From assembly GCA_002504435.1 (NCBI GenBank), contig DAQP01000043.1, positions 16,810 to 80,809 of the forward strand: a stretch of DNA of 64,000 nucleotides, read 5' to 3'. This DNA comes from Euryarchaeota archaeon UBA438 (lineage in GTDB: Archaea; Thermoplasmatota; Poseidoniia; Poseidoniales; Thalassarchaeaceae). The position numbers and the translations under genes are program-made. A model generated the notes under the pieces. It was not told the DNA's origin. It was given only the letters and a program-made list of their open reading frames with translations, and did no database searches. Below are positions 20,720 through 29,800 of the stretch, one piece after another (position 1 is the stretch's first letter; each line of letters starts with the position of its first letter).

Positions 20720-21088
20720 TTGGCCGGCCACAGCCCAATGGTCTCGCTCAGGATTCCAGAGGATCACCTCTTGGAATTGGACAGGCTAGTAGGCCTCGAC
20801 GGGATGAGGAACAGGTCCGATGTAATCCGGTATGCTGTGAGGCAGTATCTCTCCTCTGAGCATCAAGTTTCGGGAGATAGGGTGCAAGTAGACCTAGGAC
20901 CTGATTTGAGTGCTAGGATTGGCGACTTCTGCAAATTACACGGAGAGAGCCCGGATGTTGTGCTTAGGCAGGCAGCCAGGGAGCATATCAGGAGAGTCGC
21001 GATAGAGGATGCCACGGTTGAGGATCTCCTTTCTGCTCGAATGGATGCCCTACGTGCAAGGTATGATGACGAATCAAACGCTATATGA
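20720..21088 (+). CDS. CopG/MetJ-type ribbon-helix-helix regulator, probably two tandem RHH units
   Basis: MVSLRIPEDHLLELDRLV...NRSDVIRYAVRQYL then RVQVDLGPDLSARI...SPDVVLRQAAREHI; TTG at 20720 preceded by GGAGG. Confidence 0.85.
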   Translation: MAGHSPMVSLRIPEDHLLELDRLVGLDGMRNRSDVIRYAVRQYLSSEHQVSGDRVQVDLGPDLSARIGDFCKLHGESPDVVLRQAAREHIRRVAIEDATVEDLLSARMDALRARYDDESNAI

Positions 21089-21099
21089 GGCGAGGGAAA

Positions 21100-21225
21100 A
21101 TGTGTGAGGACGGGATGCACAGAACCAACGCGGGGGGGCGCTCTATGCGCCCTCTCGCACCAAATTTCGAAGGTCTCTTGGACCGAGCAAGAAAGGCTAG
21201 TTCAACGATGAGCGCCGAGGCCTAG
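21100..21225 (+). CDS. Putative small protein (41 aa)
   Basis: MCEDGMHRTNAGGRSMRPLAPNFEGLLDRARKASSTMSAEA; GAGG/GAGGG upstream; in-frame ATG at 21085 overlaps the RHH stop. Confidence 0.35.
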   Translation: MCEDGMHRTNAGGRSMRPLAPNFEGLLDRARKASSTMSAEA

Positions 21226-21289
21226 ATAGTGTCATTCTCCGTAGTCTGAACCCAATCTTCTTGGTCGTTCTACTGGCAGGGCCCTTTCC

Positions 21290-23311
21290 ATGACCACTTC
21301 CGATACCCCGGATCTGGGAGTTTACCATGCTCATGAGAAGATGAGAGACTCCCAAATCGAGATGATCAGGGACGGAATAGACTCCCTGCAATCGGGGGGA
21401 GCCCTGCTGGCTGCAGCGCCCACTGGAATAGGCAAGACTGCGGCGTCCTTGGCTTCCGCATTGCATGTTGCAAATGATAGGTCCCAAGAGGGTTTGAAGC
21501 CGAAGATTGTGTTCATGACAGGTAGGCAATCGCAACATAGGATCGTTGTTGACACTGTCAAAATGATCAACTCGAGGCTTCCAACGGGAGTTTCGAGAGT
21601 CAAATTAGTTGATATCATTGGAAGGGAGGGGATGTGTGATGTTATCGACAAATCGACCGGCAAATGCAACTGTGAAAAAGAGTCGACGGAGGAGGGCAGA
21701 CAGAGAAAAAGAAACAGGATGAAGGACATTATCCTGTCAGAGCCTCGGCATGTCGAGTGGGGAATAAAGTATGGCAAGCAAGAAAGGGTGTGCTCATGGG
21801 CAGCCGCTAGGGCAGCTGCCAGAGATACAGATGTGTTGGTTTGTGACTATAATCATGTTTTCATCGAGGAAGTCAGAGAAAGCTCACTTCCGGCCATGGG
21901 AATAAATCTAAATGAGTCTATATTGATAGTTGATGAAGCCCATAACCTACCAGATCGAATCAGGAATGGATTAGAAAGAAGGATTACTGATCAGGTATTC
22001 AGAAGGGCGCTGAGTGATGTCCAGGAATACAAGGGAAACCTGGAGAAAGTTGCCTTGCAGTTAGATACTGGTGAAGCATATGGTTTCGGAGACGCTGTAA
22101 AGCTGGAGAAGCAGATTAAGGCCCTCAGAGATGACACTGTACTGAGAAAATGGTTCGACAGCAAGACCGTGGAAAACGAGGAGTCTGACTGGGATGACCT
22201 GCGGATCGAGACAAATGATTTCCTAGATGCCATAGGCAACGCCATAGTCGGGCTTGATGATTCGACGAGCGACCAAATCTCAATTATCCGAGAAATGATT
22301 GGAAACTTGATGAGGGTGAAAATAGATGATGACGACTCACTGGAAGAAGAAGAGCAGAACGATTGCATCAGACTTGCGGAAATGCTGGACGTTTGCATCA
22401 AATACAGAAATAGCGATGCCCTTGCATTAGTGTTCGACAACATATTGGAAGAGCCCCGGATTTCGAGTCATTTGCTGGATCCGGGAGTTGTAGGTGGCCC
22501 CATATTCGAAGAGTGTGCTGGCTCAATTCTGATGTCTGGAACACTATTTCCCCCAATTATGTATTGCGAAATCCTAGGGATAAACGAGGAAGGATATAGG
22601 GGCAAGGAGTACAATTCAGGATTCCCCCCTGAAAATAGACATGTGCTAATTGCCAGCGATGTAACGAGCAAGTTCTCGGAGAGAGAGTCGAGTTTCGGGC
22701 CCATTAGCCAACACATAACTTCCGTTCTGGAAAAAACTCCAGGTAACGTTGCAATTTTCGCCCCCAGCTATTCGATGATGGAACGAATTGCTTCAGAGAC
22801 GGGGTACGTCTTCGGGAGGCATCGCCTGAAGGAGGAAAGAGGCATGTCCAAGCGCTCAGTTGATGGAATGGTCAATAGGCTACACGAACTTAGGTCGATG
22901 GGTAAGAATTCTGTGATTTTCGGAGTATTGAGCGGTAAACTGTCAGAAGGGATAGATTACTCTGACAACATCCTTGATGCCGTGGTCTGCATTGGCCTCC
23001 CATTACCCCCGCCCAGTGCCAAGCAGGACGCACTGTTTGGATACTACACTAGCAGGTTCGGGAGATCAAGGGCATGGAAGTATGCAAGTCTGCAGCCGGC
23101 TGTAAACAGCGTCCTACAGGCTCTCGGGAGACCCATAAGAAAGGCGGAAGATAGGGCTATAGTGGTACTTCTCGAGAAGAGGCTCCTGGAAGGCAGGAGC
23201 AGGGATTGTATGCCTGGGTCAATGGACTCATTAAGGACATCTAGTCCATCTAGAACAGGCAAGCATGTTGAGCGATTCTTCCGGATACCTAAATCAATGG
23301 GTTCATCTTAG
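21290..23311 (+). CDS. xpd: XPD/Rad3-family Fe-S DNA helicase
   Basis: Q motif RDSQ, AAPTGIGKT, Cys cluster (C..C.C...C), DYNH, IVDEAHNL, MSGTL, LSEGIDY, QALGRPIR. Confidence 0.9.
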   Translation: MTTSDTPDLGVYHAHEKMRDSQIEMIRDGIDSLQSGGALLAAAPTGIGKTAASLASALHVANDRSQEGLKPKIVFMTGRQSQHRIVVDTVKMINSRLPTGVSRVKLVDIIGREGMCDVIDKSTGKCNCEKESTEEGRQRKRNRMKDIILSEPRHVEWGIKYGKQERVCSWAAARAAARDTDVLVCDYNHVFIEEVRESSLPAMGINLNESILIVDEAHNLPDRIRNGLERRITDQVFRRALSDVQEYKGNLEKVALQLDTGEAYGFGDAVKLEKQIKALRDDTVLRKWFDSKTVENEESDWDDLRIETNDFLDAIGNAIVGLDDSTSDQISIIREMIGNLMRVKIDDDDSLEEEEQNDCIRLAEMLDVCIKYRNSDALALVFDNILEEPRISSHLLDPGVVGGPIFEECAGSILMSGTLFPPIMYCEILGINEEGYRGKEYNSGFPPENRHVLIASDVTSKFSERESSFGPISQHITSVLEKTPGNVAIFAPSYSMMERIASETGYVFGRHRLKEERGMSKRSVDGMVNRLHELRSMGKNSVIFGVLSGKLSEGIDYSDNILDAVVCIGLPLPPPSAKQDALFGYYTSRFGRSRAWKYASLQPAVNSVLQALGRPIRKAEDRAIVVLLEKRLLEGRSRDCMPGSMDSLRTSSPSRTGKHVERFFRIPKSMGSS

Positions 23312-23336
23312 TCGGGCCATTGGGGGCAACGATAGC

Positions 23337-23816
23337 ATGACGTGGAGGAGAGTTGTAATTGCCGACTCAGACGACGGTGCTGTAACTGAAAATGAATTCC
23401 GAGGAGTCGGCATGGGCCTCGATGTTACCGCCTCGGAAGCGCATTCACAGTTTCTCTCTGACCTACCGCACATGTCTGAGGTTTCGAAGTCCCACGAGGA
23501 ATTCATGGGACAGGTTGGAGACATACCTGAGTCCACCAGGATGGTGAACAACGACGTCACAACTATTGGCGAGATGGTTGCTGATCTAGGAGGTTCAATA
23601 GAGGGCAGCTACATGGAGATTCCAATGCCTTCGGCGAATAGAAGGGGGGTCGTCCTCGAAGTCATGGAGGGCGAGTCAGGCACTATAGCTCGAATTATCG
23701 CGCCCAGTGGTTTTGGAGGAGTTTTGAGGACGTTCAGACTTCCTACTGGGTCATTCATATCGGATGCATCATGGAACGGACACACTTTGGGGTTGTCCCT
23801 TGAAGATCATTCCTGA
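23337..23816 (+). CDS. Hypothetical protein with C-terminal alpha-crystallin/HSP20-like segment
   Basis: C-terminus GGVLRTFRLPTGSFISDASWNGHTLGLSLE resembles the HSP20 R.F.LP...A...NG.L.I pattern. Confidence 0.5.
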   Translation: MTWRRVVIADSDDGAVTENEFRGVGMGLDVTASEAHSQFLSDLPHMSEVSKSHEEFMGQVGDIPESTRMVNNDVTTIGEMVADLGGSIEGSYMEIPMPSANRRGVVLEVMEGESGTIARIIAPSGFGGVLRTFRLPTGSFISDASWNGHTLGLSLEDHS

Positions 23817-26800
23817 GGGACTATTGAGGCCTCCCTAGATGGAACTTCCTCGAGCTGGTCTATCTCCTGGAGAACTGAGCTCAGTGCCATCTGGGCACTC
23901 TCCCTATGGGGCTCGCCGAGAACGTGGCTTGAGTATCTGGCCTCCTCGAAAATTCTGTCGAGAGACAACAATGCCTGCTCGCTTATTGGGAGTGCGTTTC
24001 TTATTGCTAGCTCGAACTCTCTGACTGTCTCGAAGTCTCTCCTCAGGAAACCTCTGCTCATCAGTATCTGGCAGAGTCCCTCATAGCAGTTGAATATAGC
24101 CTCCCTGACCTCATCCCCTGCTGCCAAGAGCTCTGCTGTGTAGCTGAACACCCCTGCTAGCTCATCGATAGCAGCCTGTTTCCTCCTCCTTAGCACAATT
24201 ACGCCAGCCGCGGCTAGTCCGATTATCACAAGGATGGCTAGTGCGGTCATTGCAGGGCCCACCAATGATGCCCCCTGCTCCGGCTGATATTCTACATCGA
24301 CAACGGCGAACTGTGAGAGTCGGGCAGCGTCAATGGGGTCGATAATATCGGAATCGGAACTGAACTCTACTGACAAGTCCCCCCAGAAGTCCCTGTCCCA
24401 TAGGGGATGGTTCTCATGGAATGACTCGAACTGATATGTGAAGATGCCATTCTGATCTGTGACCCCTACCACAGTGAAATGTGTGCTACTCTCGTTGACT
24501 AGCCTAGCGGTAATCGAAACTCCTTCTATGGCCTCGGCCCTGTCCGTGGCAGTGACATTCACCTTTCCTGACATGGAGCTTTGGCCTATTTCTAGGAACA
24601 AAGAGTCTGGGAGGAACTCAAAGTTCACTGGGACCTTGATTATCACCTCGAACTCAATCTCGCCCCCATTCAGGAACCTTGAGGAGTCGGGATCCACGAC
24701 TATCGACATGCTGGCCACACCAGGAGGCATTGTTGAAATTGCATTCGACTCAACCAGGAACTGCCCTGTTGTCTCATCCCATGTTATCTTCGTATTCGGC
24801 CTCAGAGATTCATCCCAGTATAGCGAGAGGTCCATCTCCTCCATGGTGTTGCCCTCCCCTCCGATCTCAATTATCCTGCCAAGAACCCTAATAGGTCTAT
24901 TTCCATCGCTTCTGACGACCTCGTCCTCAAGGAATAGGATCTCTATCTGAATGTCGGCTCTGGCATACACGGTTGCATTGATCGAGTTGGAAAGGTACAG
25001 CTGTTCGCCAGCGAAAACCAATGAGACGTCGTGTGAACCCCTTGAAATCAGGTAACCCAGTTCATGACTAATGCTGAATGTTCCATCTATGCTTGTAGTA
25101 ATGGTGGAAACTTCTTCGCCATCTAGAAGGAAGGAAAGCACCCTCCCCTCCAAACCCGGATTGCCGGTAGAGTCGGCATCGAATAGCCTACCACTTAGGT
25201 TCCATGCACCACCCCTAGTAACAACATTGTTCTCGACTTGCAGTGTCATTCCGGTGTGATATGCTATTGTCAGGTTTGCCTCTACGGATCCTTCGCGGTG
25301 ATATCCCTGATTCGGAGCTATTACCGTGAGTGTGTGCTGACCCACGTCTAGGAATTCGGACACTACCCAAGAATGGGACCAGGACCCGTCTTCATCCGTC
25401 GTAGTAGTGCCTATCAGAATTCCATCAATAAAGATCTGGAGCGAGTGGTTTCCAAGCCACCCATCCGGAAGGTTATCCTTGACGGAGCCCCTGAGTTGAA
25501 GTACGTCTCCAACAGCGACCGGAACTGGTTGTTCAACACTCACCTCGACTGGACCGAAAACAGTGAAAATAGTGCTAGAGTTAGAGGCGATTACGAACTC
25601 CTCTCCACCAAATTCTATCCTAACGTTCCTTGGCCCGAGAGGCATGTCTGGGGGTACAGGGAAGAATAAGCTAAACGTGCCATTGTCAGACACAGATAGG
25701 GATGTTAGGAATTGGTCGTTCATGTAGACATCTAGATCTCGTCCGGGAAGTACCCTTCCAGCGCCATCAGTCAGCATTCCTTCTATGAGTAGCAGCTCGT
25801 TCCTGTCGACTTCCCCAGGAGGTGTCGTAAGAACGACCTGGGATGTCTGGGTCGCGTTGAATTCCTGTGTTATTGAGGATGGGAGATAGTATTCCGGATT
25901 CAGGGAGTCACCCTGGCCCATCGGGTCGACCCATGTGAAACCGCCAAGGAAGTCGACGGTGAAGGTGTGGTCGCCATAGTCTGTATCAAGCGGTAAATCG
26001 TAAGTGATGCTCCAAATCCCAGTAGAGGAGTTCGAAATTGAAGTGTACAAAGGACCTACGTCGATTCCGTCTATGGAAAGATGGACGACACCTCCCTTTT
26101 CTTCGCCGTCCTCGATCAGGGGTGCACCATGCTCGTCTAGCAGGGTTCCAGTGAACGTGACTGACTCACCTGCGATTGCGGAGCCCGTAATTGAGGTCAC
26201 ATCGAGAACCGTTGGGGCGAGTATCACCACTCTTGTCCATGTCTCATCGCCCAGTAGACCGGTGGTCCCATTGAAGCCAGCAAATGTGGCGGTAATTGTC
26301 ATCGGGCCGGGAGCCCTATTGGAATCGGTCGGGATTACAGTAGTGACAATGCCGTCCTCGTTCGTAAGGCCGGACCATGCTGGTGCCCCATCTATGGAAA
26401 TATCGACCTGGGCTCCTGAGACGAACTGTCCGGAGTTGTCAATCAATGACATGTTGAGTGTGATGTTGTCCCCTCTGACAGTTCTCTCATCAGGGTCCAA
26501 ATCCGTTGGGGAAATTATGGAAAGCATTGAGAAACCTCTGCTGTCAAAGATTCCATCCTCGGAGCTGGCGCCATAGTAGTTGACGGACGGCGTGTATGAG
26601 GCGGTGATATTGTGCGTACCACGTGGGAAGGAAAGATCCAGGAAGATTCTGGCAGACCATGTGCCATTGGCATCTACGGTTCCACCAGTGACTGAGAACG
26701 AGTTAGTGTCCCCATCGATGGCGAAGTTTAGAGTTGGATTCAGGGCATTTCCTGATCTGTCAACTATTCCACTTCCATTACTCGAAGTCAAAGTTCCACT

Positions 26801-29800
26801 AATGTCGAGGAACTCCCCTGCAGCTGGGTTGGAAGTAATTGGGTCGAATGTAATGTTGGTTGGCGACCTGACTGTGATTGTGTTGATTATCGTGGACGAT
26901 GGATGGAGTGTGTCTGAACCATTTGAACCATTGAACATCAGAACTATCGGAATCAAACCGAGAGGGTGCGAATGAGGGACTGAGAATGTGAAGTTGACGA
27001 TACCTTGTCCATTTGTCGGTTGTTCGGGAGTTAGCCACGTATCGTGGAACAATGCGGAAACCGGCATGTCGGAAAGTTGCCTGTCCCCATCGCTAGATTC
27101 TACCAGCTTTGCTCCGAATGTTATGGATGTCCCCCTGTCTACTATTGTATTGAGGAGGGGGTTCCTTTCAGTGAACTGGGTGACGCCTCGAACCAGGATT
27201 GTTTCATTCCCAGAACCGGTAAGGTAGAACGGGGTACTGCCGTTTTCAACGCTTACTATGACAGTCTTGAGGCCGTTAGTCACGCCATCCCCCAGCGGAT
27301 CAGTTGGCACCATTATCGAGAACGATCCGTTAGCTGCGGTGACATGTCCTGTGACCAGAGTCTCACTGGGGTCGTTCAGGAAAAAGACCTCCAGCGTCAT
27401 GGGACCCGATACTGAGCGATTCTGGTCCACTCCATCTAGGACCTGCCCCTGCAGTTGGAAAAACTGCCCGGCGGTGACTTCGGGCAATGGAGCATTGTCA
27501 ATTCTGATGCTACTCGCGACCTGCACGGTGAGGTTCACTGTGCTCTCATTCCCTATCCACCTGCCTGCATTGGGTGTGGTCAGACTATCAGTTAGGTCAT
27601 CCGGTGCGTGTAGGCGGACATCATAGTACCCGGGCGGAGCGTCAGCAGGAATGGTCGGAGTGAACCTTGCGACGCCATCTGAACCCGTGACTGTGGAGTT
27701 GAGTACCTGCTGCAGGGGCCCTCCCCAATCGAAGTAAATGTCGACGGTAGTGTTCTGCAGCCTGTCATTACTCTCCACATCGGTGACTGTGGCATTCGTC
27801 ACCAATGTCTGGCCTGCAATCACGATCGACTGCAATGGCTCTGCCTCCACTACGTACTCGGTCTGTACGCCTGCTTGGAGCACCACTGCACCGGAAACAA
27901 GGTAGTAGGCACCACCCGTGGGGGGGTTCTTCTCGAAATCAAGGATCAGTCTGAGGTCGTAGACACCAGCACCGACACCGCTAGGCATCTGGAATGTAAT
28001 GTTGTACTCGCCGGTAGTGTTGTCTATCCACTGCTCCCCCAGTCTGTAGGTTACTGGTGGTGCTTCCAGGCCATCGGGAGTAGGTGGTTGGTCGGATGGC
28101 ACCTCCATATTCACAATGATGGAAGAGTTGTTTCCTAGAATCGTGCTGTTCAGATTGATGTCCCTGGCGAAACCAGAAATCCAAGATGATTGCCCTCTGG
28201 GAGTCCATTCCGAACCCAGTGTGAATGAGACGTCAGCCCTACCTTGGACTCTGACGGTATCTAACACGCTGTTGGGAAGAAGCCATGTGGAACCGCTATA
28301 ATTCAGCTGCCACGGGTAGTCCCCCGCCTCCACATCTATAGTGGGCCTCCATGTTACCATCACGCGCGGGAGCTCTGGGTCTGACTGATTCCATACCAAC
28401 TCGCCGTTGAAGTCCAATGAGTAGTTCCCAACGAAGCTCGCAACGGAGTTTCCAGTATGGTCTGACAATGTCACTTCTACCTCGGAGTCTGACCCCACGG
28501 GAGCTGGATTCAGAATATAGCTGAAATTTACGTAACTCTTTACTCCGTGCTCATCGATTACCACAGACTCGTCTTTCGCGAAGAGGCCGTCCGCCTCAAA
28601 CTGGTAACGAATCTCTACCAGACCAGCGGGAATGGGGACCTCTGATGCAGAGAAGGACCAATTGACAGCAAATTGCCCGAGGGCCCCCGTCCAATCGGAG
28701 TCGTTAAGATACCATGAATTGAGAGTTGTAAAGGGGCCGTTGGCTGCGGATCTTCGCATCTGTAGTGTAAGGGTGCCATTGAGTGCCTCTGGGATGGTCG
28801 ACCTACTCAGAACGGTGCCGTTGAGGTATATTGGCTGGTCGACCTCAAGGATGGTGTTGTTAGCCCCATGTCCCTCCAGGGTTACGGTAAGGTTGGGTGC
28901 TGGTGTTAGGTTTAGGTTGAATCCGACTGACTGGGGGCGTAAGTGATAGAGGGGGGTGCTTGCATTGTTGAGATCCTCCTCGTGCCAGCCTAGGAAATTC
29001 AAGGTTGCAGCTATCAGCCCCTCCTGTTCAGATTCGTCTATTGGGACGGAGAATTCGTAATAGCCGCCAGCCCCGACGCTGGAGATTAGGCTAACTGGGC
29101 CATCAGCTGTGGTTGTGTAGTTGAGAACCACCTGTAGGCTATCTAGTTGAGTAATGTCATTGTAAGGCTCACTTGAGAGAGAGATCTCGCCTGTTACCGT
29201 AGTGTTCACTCCAATTCCTATCTTTGGCTCGTCCACCGGCTCTGGTTCAGTAATTGACATGTCTACATCGTCAGTGATGTTCATCCTCCAGGGGAAGGTA
29301 ATCCCCTGTGAACCGACGTACCCATTCTCATAAGTTCGAAGAACCAGGGCGCCATATCCTGGATTAATGACCTCTTGGGGCTGCCCTGTTATGTTGAAGG
29401 AGCCATTCTCGTCCGTAATTGCTGTGCCAACGAAATGCTCCTCTAATGCAGCGGAACCGGGGACGTTCTCCGTCTGATTGGATCTTACCAAGTACATGTC
29501 AATGGTGATGTTCGCCACAGAGGTCTGATTTTCAGTGAACCTCAGTATTCCATCCAGGGAAATATTGCCCGATGAAAGGTCCCTGTCGAACCAGATTGGA
29601 CCCCAGCTCTCGTCCACTACCTCGACTGTAGACAGGGATGGACATGCCTCGAAGGGGATCCAGCCGAGATCTGCGTTACCCAGATTGGAGTTTGTCTGGA
29701 GGTGCACCTCTACCCAGGTTGTGAAGTCCTTACCGTAGACCTCGAAAGACGTACCAGTCCACTTCCCTCCAGAGAAACCCGTGACTTTACGGGCAGGGAT

